Below are positions 53,582 through 64,000 of a DNA stretch of 64,000 bases, in pieces. Positions within the stretch are counted from its first letter, which is position 1. Each line of letters starts with the position of its first letter. The translations under genes were made by a program, and so were the position numbers. The DNA is from an uncultured Candidatus Saccharibacteria bacterium. GTDB lineage: Bacteria; Patescibacteriota; Saccharimonadia; Saccharimonadales; UBA10212. The notes under the pieces are model-generated. The model saw only the letters and a list, made by a program, of their open reading frames with translations, had not been told where the DNA came from and did not search any database. The stretch spans positions 71,506-135,505 of the forward strand of contig CAYWQH010000002.1 of assembly GCA_964460855.1 (NCBI GenBank). Reading direction: 5' to 3'.

Positions 53582-56500
53582 ATGGCATCAAAAACCAGCA
53601 GCGTTTTAAAGCGCACGTACTTTACCAAACAAGAAGATATCCTCGACCTGCCAAACCTGGTGGACCACCAAAACCGGTCATTCCAGTGGTTTGTCGAAGA
53701 AGGTCTGGGAGAATTACTAGCGGAAATCAGCCCGATCGATGATTACACCGGTCAAAAGCTGAGTATCCGTTTCAAAGATTATCATTTCGAAGAGCCAAAG
53801 CTTAGCGAGGGCGAGGCTCGGGAAAACAACGTAAGTTATGAAGCTCCGCTTAAAGCGACAATAGAACTTACTAACAAAGTTACCGGCGAAGTAAAAGAAC
53901 AAGAAATTTATTTAGGCGACTACCCGTGGATGACCAGCCGCGGTACGTTCGTAATTAATGGCGCCGAGCGTGTAGTGGTAAGCCAGCTAATCCGCAGTGC
54001 CGGAGTATTCTTTACGGCCGACCTGCACGGGGCGGCAAATTTGTACGGCGCTAAAGTTATTCCCGGCCGGGGTGCCTGGTTGGAATTTGAAACCGCCGCT
54101 AACGGCGCGATCTACGTTAAGATCGACCGCAAGCGTAAAATTCCCGTAACTACTTTACTAAAGGCTTTAGGCATGACCGAAGCCCAGATTATTGATGCCT
54201 TCAAGCATGTCGACCAGGGCAAGGCCAGCCATATCCAGGCAACTATCGATAAAGACCCCACCAAAGGTGCTAACGAAGCTTTGATTGAAGTTTACCGCCG
54301 TTTGCGGCCTGGCGATTTGGCAACCGTCGATAACGCCCGCAGTTTATTAGAAAATATGTTCTATAACTTCAAACGTTTCGATTTTAGCCGTGTAGGCCGC
54401 TATAAAATCAACAAGCGATTAGACCTTAAAGTGGAAAATACAATCGATAACCGGGTTATGCGCCTGGAAGATTTAGTAGCCATTATTGCGGAGGTTATAC
54501 GGCTTAACGTTACCCAAGATTTGCCGGACGACATCGACAGCTTGGCAAACCGCCGCGTTAAATTGGTTGGCGAATTAGTCCAGCGCCAGTTCCGTATTGG
54601 GCTGCTGCGCATGGAGCGCAACGCCAAAGACCGCATGAGCATGAGCGAAATAGAAACCGTTACGCCGGCCCAGTTAATTAATGCCCGCCCGGTTGTAGCG
54701 GCAGTGCGCGAATTCTTCGCCAGCTCCCAGCTGAGCCAATTCATGGACCAAATCAACCCGTTAAGCGAATTAGCCCACAAGCGCCGCTTAAGTTCGATGG
54801 GTCCCGGCGGCTTGAGCCGCGAACGGGCCGGCTTTGAAGTCCGCGACGCCCATGCCACCCACTACGGCCGCATCTGCCCGGTCGAAACGCCGGAAGGCGC
54901 CAACATCGGATTGGTTTTGAACCTGGCATCTTTTGCCCATATTAATGAATACGGCTTTATCGAAACGCCTTACCGCCAAGTAATTAACGCTGTAACCGCT
55001 AAAGACGCCGCCGGCCACATCGCAGCCGTTGGCCTGGAAGACGAAAAAGGCAAAGTTATAGTCCGAAAAGGCAGCAAAATTACTGCCGAAGACGCCAAAA
55101 AACTGGCCGCCAATAAAAAGCAGGCCACCTGGCCGGTTAAAGCCACAGTAACCACTAAAATCGTATACTTGGATGCCGCCGAAGAAGAGCAAGTCGTAAT
55201 TGCCGGCGCCGGTAATGAAATCGATGACAGCGGTTACTTTAAAGAAGACCGTGTAAGCGCCCGTAACCGGTTAGTATCCGAAGAAGTGGACGCTAATATC
55301 GTTACCCATATGGACGCCAGCTTAAGCCAAACTATCGGCTCCAGCGCCGGTTTGATTCCGTTTATTGAAAAGAACTACGTTTATAGAAGTTTGATGGGCA
55401 GCAACCAGCAGCGCCAGGCGGTGCCACTGATCCAGCCGGAAAGCCCGATTGTCGGTACCGGATTGGAAGAAGTAGCCGCCCGCAACACCGGCCAGGTTGT
55501 TTTAGCCGATGAAGCCGGCGAAGTGATCAAAGCTACAGCCGACGAAGTACAAGTTAAATACAAAAAACACACCCGCACCTACGAACCGCAGCACTTTATC
55601 CGCAGCAACGAAGGCACCAGCATCAACCAATCGGTTGTTGTTAATAGCGGCGATAAGGTAAAAGCCGGTGATGTACTGATTGAAGGTATGAGCATCCAAG
55701 GCGGCGAGTTAGCTCTCGGTAAAGACCTGCTGGCAGCTTTTATGCCATGGAGCGGCTATAACTTCGAAGATGCCATCATTATTTCGCGGCGGCTGGTCGA
55801 AGACGACACGCTAACGTCCGTTCATATAGTTGACTATATGACCGAAGTCCGCGAAACCAAACTTGGACCCGAAATTGTGACCCGCGATATTCCTAACGTT
55901 TCCGAGGAAGCCCTGCGCCACCTGGACGAAGACGGCATCGTACGCATCGGCGCCGAAGTCCATCCCGGTGACATCCTGGTAGGTAAAATTACGCCTAAAG
56001 GTGAACAAGAATTGTCCAGCGAAGAGCGCCTGCTTCGGGCGATATTCGGCGAAAAAGCCAAAGAAGTCCGCGATACTTCGCAGCGCATGAGCAACGGTAA
56101 GCACGGCAAAGTTGTAGGCGTTAAGGTCTTTTCTCGGGCTAACGGCCACGAACTAAAAGCCGGGGTAATAATGCAAATCCAGGTCTTTGTGGCCCAAATG
56201 CGCAAAATCGCCGTCGGCGACAAGCTCGGCGGACGGCACGGAAATAAAGGTGTTATCGCCCGCATCCTGCCGGCCGAGGACATGCCATTTTTAGAAGACG
56301 GATCGCCAATCGATATCATCTTAAACCCGCTGGGCGTGCCTTCGCGTATGAATGTCGGCCAGTTGTTTGAAACCCACTTAGGCATGGCCGCCCAGGCATT
56401 GGGCATGAAAGTTGTCAGTCCGGCCTTTAACGGCGTGCCAATCGAAAAAATCCGCGACCTGCTTAAAGAAGCCGGCTTCCCCGAAGACGGCAAGCAACAG

Positions 56501-57121
56501 TTGTTTGATGGCCGAACCGGCGAATCGTTTAAAGAGCGCACCACGGTGGGCGCCATGTACATGATTAAGCTGAACCACATGGTCAGCGACAAGATCCACG
56601 CCCGCTCCACCGGGCCGTACACCATGGTTACCCAGCAGCCATTGGGCGGTAAAGCCCAAAACGGCGGCCAGCGTTTCGGCGAAATGGAAGTGTGGGCGCT
56701 GGAAGCTTACGGCGCTTCAAATACATTGCAAGAAATGCTGACTATTAAATCCGATGATGTATACGGACGGGCCAAAGCCTACGAAAGCATCATCAAAGGC
56801 ACCGAAATCCAAGGGCCTAAAGTACCGGAAAGCTTTAACGTATTAGTTAAAGAGCTGCAAGGCTTAGGCATGAAAGTCGACCTGATTACCGAAAACCAGG
56901 TAATTGACGCCGAAGCCGTACTGGCCGAAAACATCAAGGATGAAGCCAAGAATATTACCGATGACGCCCTCGAAGCCCCGGCCGAAAACCAGGGCCTGGA
57001 CGTAACCGAAGAAGCAATCGGCGATGAATTTGCCGTAATCGAAGAAATTGAAAACGAATTTGGCCCCGACGAGAGCGAGCTTGTCGCTGTAGACGGGGAT
57101 GAAGAGAAGGAGGCGGCCTAA
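53582..57121 (+). CDS. rpoB: DNA-directed RNA polymerase subunit beta
   Basis: 1179 aa. Conserved blocks include GTFVINGAERVVVSQL, NPLSELAHKRRLS, GRHGNKGV and FGEMEVWALEAYGA. Confidence 0.97.
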   Translation: MASKTSSVLKRTYFTKQEDILDLPNLVDHQNRSFQWFVEEGLGELLAEISPIDDYTGQKLSIRFKDYHFEEPKLSEGEARENNVSYEAPLKATIELTNKVTGEVKEQEIYLGDYPWMTSRGTFVINGAERVVVSQLIRSAGVFFTADLHGAANLYGAKVIPGRGAWLEFETAANGAIYVKIDRKRKIPVTTLLKALGMTEAQIIDAFKHVDQGKASHIQATIDKDPTKGANEALIEVYRRLRPGDLATVDNARSLLENMFYNFKRFDFSRVGRYKINKRLDLKVENTIDNRVMRLEDLVAIIAEVIRLNVTQDLPDDIDSLANRRVKLVGELVQRQFRIGLLRMERNAKDRMSMSEIETVTPAQLINARPVVAAVREFFASSQLSQFMDQINPLSELAHKRRLSSMGPGGLSRERAGFEVRDAHATHYGRICPVETPEGANIGLVLNLASFAHINEYGFIETPYRQVINAVTAKDAAGHIAAVGLEDEKGKVIVRKGSKITAEDAKKLAANKKQATWPVKATVTTKIVYLDAAEEEQVVIAGAGNEIDDSGYFKEDRVSARNRLVSEEVDANIVTHMDASLSQTIGSSAGLIPFIEKNYVYRSLMGSNQQRQAVPLIQPESPIVGTGLEEVAARNTGQVVLADEAGEVIKATADEVQVKYKKHTRTYEPQHFIRSNEGTSINQSVVVNSGDKVKAGDVLIEGMSIQGGELALGKDLLAAFMPWSGYNFEDAIIISRRLVEDDTLTSVHIVDYMTEVRETKLGPEIVTRDIPNVSEEALRHLDEDGIVRIGAEVHPGDILVGKITPKGEQELSSEERLLRAIFGEKAKEVRDTSQRMSNGKHGKVVGVKVFSRANGHELKAGVIMQIQVFVAQMRKIAVGDKLGGRHGNKGVIARILPAEDMPFLEDGSPIDIILNPLGVPSRMNVGQLFETHLGMAAQALGMKVVSPAFNGVPIEKIRDLLKEAGFPEDGKQQLFDGRTGESFKERTTVGAMYMIKLNHMVSDKIHARSTGPYTMVTQQPLGGKAQNGGQRFGEMEVWALEAYGASNTLQEMLTIKSDDVYGRAKAYESIIKGTEIQGPKVPESFNVLVKELQGLGMKVDLITENQVIDAEAVLAENIKDEAKNITDDALEAPAENQGLDVTEEAIGDEFAVIEEIENEFGPDESELVAVDGDEEKEAA

Positions 57122-60100
57122 TGCGACGCTACAATACAGGCACGAATATAGCTGACTTTGATGCCGTCAGGCTGGCCGTGGCCAGCCCGGAAGACATCCT
57201 GGAATGGAGCTATGGAGAAGTTACAAAACCCGAAACCATTAACTACCGCACCCAAAAGCCGGAGCGCGACGGGCTGTTCTGCGAACGGATCTTCGGGCCG
57301 GTAAAAGATATCAACCCGCATGACGCCAAATATAAAGGCGTGCGCAGCCGCGAAGCGGCCGTCGATAAAAACGGCGAGCTAGTTACTAAAAGCATTGTTA
57401 GGCGCGAGCGGATGGGACATATCAGCCTGGCCAGCCCTGTTGCCCATATTTGGTTCCTGCGCGGTACGCCCAGCGCTATCGGCCTGCTATTAGGCATGAC
57501 CGTCAAAAACCTGGAGCGCGTCGCATATTTCGCCAGTTACATAGTTCAAGTCGTTGATACCGAAAAGCGCGACAAAATGTTTGCCGATAAAGAGGCCGAA
57601 TTTGCCGCCGCCCAAGAAGCTATCAAAGCCCGTTTCGAAGCTGAAGCCGCTAAGGAAGAGGCGAATGTCAAAGCCCTAGCCGAAATGCAGACCGCTGAAT
57701 TAGAAGAGTTGGTTAAAGACTTCGAAGTTTACAAAGCCCAAATTGACAGCCTCGAAAAAATGCGACTGATGAGCGAAACCGAATACCGTAACCTGCCCGA
57801 CGACATGCAAAAGATCATTACCGTCGGCATGGGCGGCTCAGCCCTTAAGCGCTTGCTGGAAGAAGTCAACCTCGACCAGCTAATTAAAGATTTGTCGGCC
57901 GAAGCCGAAGAAGCCAAAGGCCAGCGCAAAAAGAAAATCATGAAGCGCCTGCGCTTGCTGGAAAGCATGCAGCGGGCCGGCATTAAGCCCGACAGCATGT
58001 GCCTTAGCGTATTGCCGGTTATCCCTCCAGACCTGCGCCCGATGGTGCAGCTTACCGGCGGCCGGTTTGCCACCAGTGACTTAAACGACCTTTACCGCCG
58101 GGTAATTAACCGCAATAACCGATTAAAAAAACTTATTGAATTGAATGCTCCCGAAGTTATCCGCCGCAACGAGCAGCGAATGCTGCAAGAAGCCGTGGAT
58201 GCTCTAATTGATAATAACAATGCCCGCAGCGGCCGCGCTGTAGCCTCGACCGGCCAGCGCCGACGCTTAAAGAGCCTTAGCGACATGCTCAAAGGCAAGC
58301 AAGGCCGTTTCCGCCAGAACTTACTTGGTAAGCGCGTAGACTATTCCGGCCGTTCGGTAATCGTTGCCGGCCCGGAATTAAAAATGTTCCAGTGCGGCCT
58401 GCCAAAGATGATGGCCCTCGAATTATTCAAACCTTTCGTTATAGGAAGGCTTATCGAACAGGAACTGGCCCACAATATCCGCAGCGCCACCCGCATGATC
58501 GAAACCGGCGAAGCCGAAGTTTGGGACGCCCTTGGCGAAGTAATCAAAGGTAAATTCGTGCTGCTTAACCGGGCGCCAAGCTTGCACCGTTTAAGCATCC
58601 AAGCTTTCCAGCCAGTACTTATCGAAGGTAAAGCTATCCAGTTGCACCCCTTGGTATGTAAAGGCTTTAACGCCGACTTCGACGGCGACCAAATGGCCGT
58701 CCACCTGCCATTGTCCGACGAAGCCCAGGCCGAAGCCCGCGACATCATGGCTGCCAATAAGAACCTGCTGAAACCTGCCGACGGCTCGCCAATCTTACAC
58801 ATCGAGCAAGATATCGTTTTGGGTTGTTACTACATGACCTACGAACGACCTAACGAGGTACAGAAAGATATTCGCTCATATGTCGACATCGACGAAGTAA
58901 TCATGGCCTTTGATAACGGCTCTATCGAGCTGCAAAGCCGGGTCCGTGTACCATTCCGCGGCGAAGTCCGCGAAACTACCGTAGGCCGGTTACTTTTCAA
59001 TGAAATATTCCCGGCGGATTTCCCGTTCCAGGACGAAGCTATGACCAAAAAACGCCTGGCAGGCGTAATGTCACTGACATACGCCACATATGGCCAGGAT
59101 AAGACGGCCGAAATTGCCGACGACCTTAAAGATTTAGGTTTCTCCTATGCCACCCTTTCCGGATTGAGCATGGGAATGACAGACTTTTCGGACCTAAAGG
59201 AGTTGCCAACCATTTTAGCCGAAGGCGAAAAACGGGCTACCGAAATAAGCCAGCAATACGAAGCCGGCTTCATTACCGAAGAAGAGCGCTACCGCTTAAC
59301 AGTGGATTGTTGGCAAGACATCGACAGTAAAGTACAAACTGCCTTGGCCGACCAATTTAAAGACGAAGACACTACCATGTCCATCGCCGTCGCCAGTGGC
59401 GCCCGTGGAAATATCAGCCAGATGAAAAACTCCGTAGGAATGCTGGGTATTTTCGATGATACAACCGGACGTTCAATCGAACTTCCGGTACGAAGCAACT
59501 ATAAAAACGGTTTGACGCCGCTGGAATACTTTACGGCTACCCGCGGAACGCGCAAAGCGTTAATTGACATAGCCTTGCGTACGGCCGATTCCGGCTACTT
59601 GACCCGCCGTTTAGTAGACGTTGCCCAAGACGTATTTACAATCGAACAAGATGCCGAGGACCCCGGTTTTCCGGTTTACCGCAGCGATTCTAAAGAGATA
59701 GACATTGCTTTCGGCTCGCGGCTAGAAGGCCGGTTTGCGGCCGAGAATATTAAAAAGCACGTCAAAGCCGGTGAGTTAATAACCCGAGAGATTTCCGAAA
59801 AAATCGATGCCGACGAAGCAATCGATTCCGTTAAAATCATGAGCGTCCTGTCTTGCGCCAGCGTCCGCGGTGTCAGCCGCAAGAGCTATGGCATCGACCT
59901 GGCTACCGGCCGGCTGGTAGATGAATCTTACCCGATCGGCGTCATTGCCGCCCAAAGTATCGGCGAACCAGGCACCCAGCTTAGCTTGGACTCAAAGCAC
60001 CGCGCCGGCGCCGCTACCATTAGTGACGACGCCACCCGTGGCTTACCGCGTGTCGAAGAGTTGTTGGAAGTCCGCCAGCCAAAAGGCCAAGCTTACTTAA

Positions 60101-60933
60101 CCGATATTGCCGGCACGGCCAGCGCCTGGGAAGAAGGCGACCACTATGTAGTCCAGGTAACCGCCGACGAACACGAAAGCGTTAACCTGGCCCTCGAAGG
60201 CCGCACCCCGCGCATAGCTAACGGAACCGAAGTAGCAATTGGTGATTTATTGGCCGCTGCCGACGACGAAAGCAATGCTCTTGTGGCCCCAATGTCCGGC
60301 AAAGTTTCAGTTAAAACCAGCAAACTCACCATCACGCCAACCAGTAAAAGCGTGATGCGCTACGAAATCCCCGGCTTTAAACAGCTTCATGTTGCCGACG
60401 GCGACAAAGTCGTAGCCGGCCAGCGCCTGACCAACGGTTCAATTAATCTTCATGACTTAATGCGCCTGCAAGGTGTCGAACCTACCCAGCGCTACATCAT
60501 GAATGAAATCCTGCATATATTTGCCAGCCAGGGCCAAAACATCGCCGACAAGCACCTCGAAGTAATTGTCCGGCAAATGTTCAGCCGCGTCCAAATCGAG
60601 GATGCCGGCGACAGCGAATTTGTTACTGGCGATATTGTCAGCAAATTAGCGGTTGTCGAAGCCAACCAGCAAATTGCCCATAACAAGAAAAAGCCCATCA
60701 AATACAACCAACTTCTGCTGGGTATCACCAAAGCCAGCTTAAGTACCGATTCATTCTTGAGTGCCGCATCATTCCAGGACACCACCAGGGTACTGATTGC
60801 CGCAGCCACCAGCGGTAAAGTCGATCACCTTTACGGCCTGAAAGAGAACGTAATCCTGGGCCGCCGAATTCCGGTTGGAACCGGCGTAATCAAAGACGAA
60901 CCGAATAGCGACGAAATTGACGCAACAGAGTAA
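57121..60933 (+). CDS. rpoC: DNA-directed RNA polymerase subunit beta'
   Basis: 1270 aa with the catalytic [20 protein letters not shown] and trigger-loop/bridge-helix blocks. Its ATG overlaps the rpoB stop by 1 nt. Confidence 0.97.
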   Translation: MRRYNTGTNIADFDAVRLAVASPEDILEWSYGEVTKPETINYRTQKPERDGLFCERIFGPVKDINPHDAKYKGVRSREAAVDKNGELVTKSIVRRERMGHISLASPVAHIWFLRGTPSAIGLLLGMTVKNLERVAYFASYIVQVVDTEKRDKMFADKEAEFAAAQEAIKARFEAEAAKEEANVKALAEMQTAELEELVKDFEVYKAQIDSLEKMRLMSETEYRNLPDDMQKIITVGMGGSALKRLLEEVNLDQLIKDLSAEAEEAKGQRKKKIMKRLRLLESMQRAGIKPDSMCLSVLPVIPPDLRPMVQLTGGRFATSDLNDLYRRVINRNNRLKKLIELNAPEVIRRNEQRMLQEAVDALIDNNNARSGRAVASTGQRRRLKSLSDMLKGKQGRFRQNLLGKRVDYSGRSVIVAGPELKMFQCGLPKMMALELFKPFVIGRLIEQELAHNIRSATRMIETGEAEVWDALGEVIKGKFVLLNRAPSLHRLSIQAFQPVLIEGKAIQLHPLVCKGFNADFDGDQMAVHLPLSDEAQAEARDIMAANKNLLKPADGSPILHIEQDIVLGCYYMTYERPNEVQKDIRSYVDIDEVIMAFDNGSIELQSRVRVPFRGEVRETTVGRLLFNEIFPADFPFQDEAMTKKRLAGVMSLTYATYGQDKTAEIADDLKDLGFSYATLSGLSMGMTDFSDLKELPTILAEGEKRATEISQQYEAGFITEEERYRLTVDCWQDIDSKVQTALADQFKDEDTTMSIAVASGARGNISQMKNSVGMLGIFDDTTGRSIELPVRSNYKNGLTPLEYFTATRGTRKALIDIALRTADSGYLTRRLVDVAQDVFTIEQDAEDPGFPVYRSDSKEIDIAFGSRLEGRFAAENIKKHVKAGELITREISEKIDADEAIDSVKIMSVLSCASVRGVSRKSYGIDLATGRLVDESYPIGVIAAQSIGEPGTQLSLDSKHRAGAATISDDATRGLPRVEELLEVRQPKGQAYLTDIAGTASAWEEGDHYVVQVTADEHESVNLALEGRTPRIANGTEVAIGDLLAAADDESNALVAPMSGKVSVKTSKLTITPTSKSVMRYEIPGFKQLHVADGDKVVAGQRLTNGSINLHDLMRLQGVEPTQRYIMNEILHIFASQGQNIADKHLEVIVRQMFSRVQIEDAGDSEFVTGDIVSKLAVVEANQQIAHNKKKPIKYNQLLLGITKASLSTDSFLSAASFQDTTRVLIAAATSGKVDHLYGLKENVILGRRIPVGTGVIKDEPNSDEIDATE

Positions 60934-60955
60934 AAGTGTTAATGTAAGGAACTAA

Positions 60956-61366
60956 ATGCCAACTATAAACCAACTAGTACGCAAGTCACGCAGCAGCAGC
61001 CGGAACAAAACTAAATCCCCGGCGCTGCAGCGCGTGGTTAATAATCTTAAAACCAAGCAATACGAAAAGCCGGCGCCGTTTAAACGGGGCGTTTGTGTCC
61101 GTGTAACTACCAAAACGCCTAAAAAGCCCAACTCGGCGCTGCGCAAAGTAGCCCGTGTCCGATTAACTAACGGCCACGAAGTATGGGCCTACATCGGCGG
61201 CGAAGGCCACAACCTGCAAGAACACGCCGTAGTATTGGTCCGCGGCGGCCGGGTACCTGATCTTCCAGGTGTGCGCTACCATATTGTCCGCGGCAGCCTC
61301 GACCTCCAAGGCGTCCAAAACCGTAAGCAGGGCCGCAGTTTATACGGAGCCAAGAAAGGTAAGTAA
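60956..61366 (+). CDS. rpsL: 30S ribosomal protein S12
   Basis: 136 aa with [10 protein letters not shown] and [21 protein letters not shown] lies 5 nt upstream. Confidence 0.95.
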   Translation: MPTINQLVRKSRSSSRNKTKSPALQRVVNNLKTKQYEKPAPFKRGVCVRVTTKTPKKPNSALRKVARVRLTNGHEVWAYIGGEGHNLQEHAVVLVRGGRVPDLPGVRYHIVRGSLDLQGVQNRKQGRSLYGAKKGK

Positions 61367-61845
61367 TGCCGCGTAAAACCACCAAATCCTTAGTCCGCGA
61401 AGTCGCTCCCGACCGCATCTATAACAGCAAGCAAGTTACCAAGCTGATTAACCGGGTAATGCAAGACGGTAAAAAACAAACCGCCGAACGGCTGGTTTAT
61501 GGCGGCATGCAAACTGCCGCCGATAAGCTAAAAGTCCAGAACCCTATCGAAGTTTTCGACCAGGCCTTTAAGAACATCCAACCGCATATCGAAACCCGCT
61601 CCCGCCGGGTTGGCGGAGCTAACTACCAGATTCCTTTCGAAGTAAAAGGCCAGCGCCAGCAGCACTTAACCACTATGTGGTTTGTCGAAGCTGCCCGCAG
61701 CCGCAAAGGCATGAGTATGCAAGACCGCATCGCATTAGAACTTGTTGACGCTTACAACAACACCGGCACTGCCGTAAAGAAAAAAGAAGACACCCACCGC
61801 ATGGCCGAAGCCAATAGAGCATTCGCGCACTTCGCCCGCACATAA
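61366..61845 (+). CDS. rpsG: 30S ribosomal protein S7
   Basis: 159 aa with the S7 pattern (GKK..AE.i.y, RRVGGANYQIP). It overlaps the rpsL stop by 1 nt. Confidence 0.95.
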   Translation: MPRKTTKSLVREVAPDRIYNSKQVTKLINRVMQDGKKQTAERLVYGGMQTAADKLKVQNPIEVFDQAFKNIQPHIETRSRRVGGANYQIPFEVKGQRQQHLTTMWFVEAARSRKGMSMQDRIALELVDAYNNTGTAVKKKEDTHRMAEANRAFAHFART

Positions 61846-61924
61846 TAATTCTTTACAACAAGCAAAAACGGCGTATAGTTCGGCGTAAGAAGCTCGCAAC
61901 AACTTCTTAAACCAAATTATATAA

Positions 61925-62164
61925 ATGGAGGTTATGATGGACCGGAATCATCATACCGAACTATATCCATACCCACTTTCAGAAGACGTAACTACTTCGG
62001 ATGATGTGGGTCTGCCTATGGCTTTGGATAGGGCAAGGCAAGCACAAAGCACGCCAGAAAGCTTTATTCTAAGGCATCAAAGAATAGTTGAAGCTTTAGC
62101 TGCAACTACGCTAGCCGCTGTATATGGTTATAGCTATATGCACCGTACGACTGCCCGGCACTAG
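61925..62164 (+). CDS. hypothetical small protein inserted between rpsG and fusA
   Basis: 79 aa. GGAGG sits inside the first codons, so the real start may be ATG 61934 or 61937. It has a hydrophobic C-terminal segment (VEALAATTLAAVYGY). The coding call is tentative. Confidence 0.35.
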   Translation: MEVMMDRNHHTELYPYPLSEDVTTSDDVGLPMALDRARQAQSTPESFILRHQRIVEALAATTLAAVYGYSYMHRTTARH

Positions 62165-62186
62165 TAGCAATCTGTTACTATTCGTG

Positions 62187-62240
62187 TATAATCTTATGGT
62201 TGAAAGATACCTATATTTATAGGTGTGAAATTGTGTGAAA
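62187..62240 (+). promoter_or_regulatory. fusA-proximal control region: TATAAT, 7+7 palindrome and 8-nt direct repeat
   Basis: TATAAT is at 62187-62192. The palindrome ACCTATA-tt-TATAGGT is at 62209-62224. GTGTGAAA occurs at 62223-62230 and again at 62233-62240, one helical turn apart. Confidence 0.4.
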
Positions 62241-62276
62241 CGGGAACTCTACCCAACTTTTAATTAAGGATAATTT

Positions 62277-64000
62277 ATGGCTGAAAAAAAGTATGAATTA
62301 AAAGACGTCCGCAATATCGGCATTATTGCCCATATTGATGCCGGCAAAACTACAACTACCGAAGGTATTCTTTACCGCACCGGGCTGAAGCATAAAATCG
62401 GCGCCGTTCATGAAGGCGAAACCACTACCGACTGGATGGCCCAGGAAAAAGAACGCGGCATTACTATTACTGCCGCGGCTGTTACGTGCTTTTGGAAAGA
62501 CCACAAAATCAATATTATAGATACTCCCGGCCATATCGACTTTACCGTGGAGGTGGAGCGAAGCTTACGTGTGCTAGACGGCGCTGTAACTGTTTTTGAC
62601 GGCAAAATGGGCGTCGAAAGCCAATCCGAAACAGTCTGGCGCCAGGCCGATAAGTACGGCGTGCCGCGTATTTGTTTTATAAATAAAATCAACCAGACCG
62701 GCGGCGATTTTTATAAGAGCCTCGAATCAATCCACCATCGCTTAAATAAAAGGGCTTTCCCGATACACCTGCCGATAGGTTTCGAGCAGAGCGTTAATGG
62801 TATCGTCGACCTGGTAACTATGAAGAGTTACACCTACAAAGAATTTACCGACAAAGAACTGATTGAAGGTGAAATCCCCGCAGATATGCTCGACCAGGTT
62901 AAAAAATACCGAAGTTTATTAATCGAAAACGCCGTTGCCGAAGACGAAGCGATTCTAGAAAAGTTTTTCGAAGTTGGTGAAGAAGGCTTGAGCGAAGCCG
63001 AAGTAAAGCAAGCTATCCGAACAGCTGTATTATCTGGGCAATTCTTTGCTGTAAGTGGCGGCGATGGCCGCGGCGTAATCGTAGAAAAACTACTCGATGC
63101 CGTGGTTGATTACTTGCCGAGCCCGCTGGACCGGAGCAGCACCTGGGGCGTTGACCCTAAGACCGGGGACGAAATAGAGCGCAAACCCACCGACGCCGAT
63201 CCGTTTGCAGCACTGGCTTTCAAGATAGCAACCGACCCTTTTGTTGGCAAACTGGCTTTCTTTAGGGTTTACAGCGGCAAAGTAACTGCCGGCAGCTATA
63301 TATTAAACAGTTCAACTGGTGAAAAAGAGCGGGTTGGGCGCATTGTACGTATGCAGGCTAATAACCGCGAAGATGTTACCGAAGTCGGGGCGGGCGATAT
63401 AGCCGCAATTGTAGGCCTTAAGGGCACTACAACCGGTAATACTTTAACCGACCAGGCTAATCCGATCGTACTGGAAAGCATCAAATTCCCTGAACCGCCT
63501 GTTAGTATCGCTATCGAGCCTAAAACCAAGGCCGACCAGGAAAAAATGAGCTTGGCGCTTCAGCGGCTGGCCGAAGAAGACCCGACGTTCCGCATTAAAA
63601 CCGATAACGAGACCGGCCAAACGATTATTAGCGGCATGGGCGAATTACATCTTGATATTATTGTCGACCGCATGAAGCGCGAATTCAGTGTCGAAGCTAA
63701 CATTGGCCAGCCGCAGGTAGCTTACCGCGAAACAGTCCGTAAAGACGGGGTCGAGCAAGAAGGCAAATTTATCCGCCAAAGCGGCGGCCGCGGCCAGTAC
63801 GGCCATGTTTGGATTCGTCTCAGCCAAAACGAACAAGGCAAAGGTTTTGAATTCATAAACAGTATTAAAGGCGGCTCCATTCCCAGCGAATATATTCCAG
63901 CCGTTAAAGCCGGAATTGAAGAAGCAATGAGTAATGGCGTCCTGGCTGGTTACCCGGTTGTAGATGTAAAGACAGAGCTTTACGACGGCACCTACCACGA
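62277..64000 (+). CDS. fusA: elongation factor G (3' end outside window)
   Basis: My translation from ATG 62277 reads [29 protein letters not shown]...DTPGHIDFT...NKINQ. The frame is open to the window end and is absent from the ORF track because it has no stop. Confidence 0.95.
   Translation, partial: MAEKKYELKDVRNIGIIAHIDAGKTTTTEGILYRTGLKHKIGAVHEGETTTDWMAQEKERGITITAAAVTCFWKDHKINIIDTPGHIDFTVEVERSLRVLDGAVTVFDGKMGVESQSETVWRQADKYGVPRICFINKINQTGGDFYKSLESIHHRLNKRAFPIHLPIGFEQSVNGIVDLVTMKSYTYKEFTDKELIEGEIPADMLDQVKKYRSLLIENAVAEDEAILEKFFEVGEEGLSEAEVKQAIRTAVLSGQFFAVSGGDGRGVIVEKLLDAVVDYLPSPLDRSSTWGVDPKTGDEIERKPTDADPFAALAFKIATDPFVGKLAFFRVYSGKVTAGSYILNSSTGEKERVGRIVRMQANNREDVTEVGAGDIAAIVGLKGTTTGNTLTDQANPIVLESIKFPEPPVSIAIEPKTKADQEKMSLALQRLAEEDPTFRIKTDNETGQTIISGMGELHLDIIVDRMKREFSVEANIGQPQVAYRETVRKDGVEQEGKFIRQSGGRGQYGHVWIRLSQNEQGKGFEFINSIKGGSIPSEYIPAVKAGIEEAMSNGVLAGYPVVDVKTELYDGTYH

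Noticed and set aside
1-64000. A window-wide scan for CRISPR arrays, IS elements or transposases, integrases, prophage modules, toxin-antitoxin pairs and known defence operons.
   Set aside because: I saw no regularly spaced direct repeats. No ORF has transposase, integrase, recombinase, restriction-modification or Cas-like motifs. Apart from the two small high-GC islands, the content is core housekeeping.

Overview
This 64 kb window is gene-dense and mostly housekeeping. I count about 59 protein-coding genes and one tRNA-Leu(UAG). I saw no rRNA, CRISPR array, transposase, integrase or prophage block. TGA is used as a stop codon, so the genetic code looks standard.

Gene content in order:
- Redox and nucleotide housekeeping: glutaredoxin-like gene, trxB, a GDPD phosphodiesterase, ppa, a Nudix hydrolase and a short Rel.
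- A glycolysis / non-oxidative pentose-phosphate cluster: gap, rpiB, an rpe-like gene, split transketolase, class II fba and a PfkB kinase.
- uvrB, then gatC-gatA-(small inserted ORF)-gatB, then dnaE.
- A CAP-domain surface protein, a SpoU methyltransferase, a lone PilB/GspE ATPase and rplS.
- rnhB, yraN, pepF, nusA, clpC, radA, a class A PBP, tyrS, recG, rsmD, hisS, tig and clpP.
- rpoB-rpoC-rpsL-rpsG-(inserted ORF)-fusA, with fusA running off the 3' end.

The compact layout, frequent 1-8 nt start/stop overlaps, split transketolase, tail extensions on core proteins and absence of biosynthetic operons fit a reduced-genome bacterium. A Patescibacteria/CPR lineage, possibly Saccharibacteria-like, is my guess; this is inference only.

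I found no large multi-gene novel system. The signals most worth follow-up are:
1. The same CIRCE-like inverted repeat (TGGCACTC-N9-GAGTGCCA) wraps the -35 box of both the clpC and clpP promoters.
2. Two short high-GC islands sit in otherwise conserved intergenic gaps, each carrying one minus-strand ORFan with high-GC codon usage. Horizontal acquisition is possible.
3. A membrane-anchored ORF with an HEPN-like RNxxxH motif is translationally coupled inside gatCAB.
4. Many genes have a -10 box 6-8 nt upstream of the start codon, which suggests leaderless transcripts.
5. Several core proteins carry low-complexity C-terminal extensions, and the str operon is interrupted by a small ORF plus repeats.
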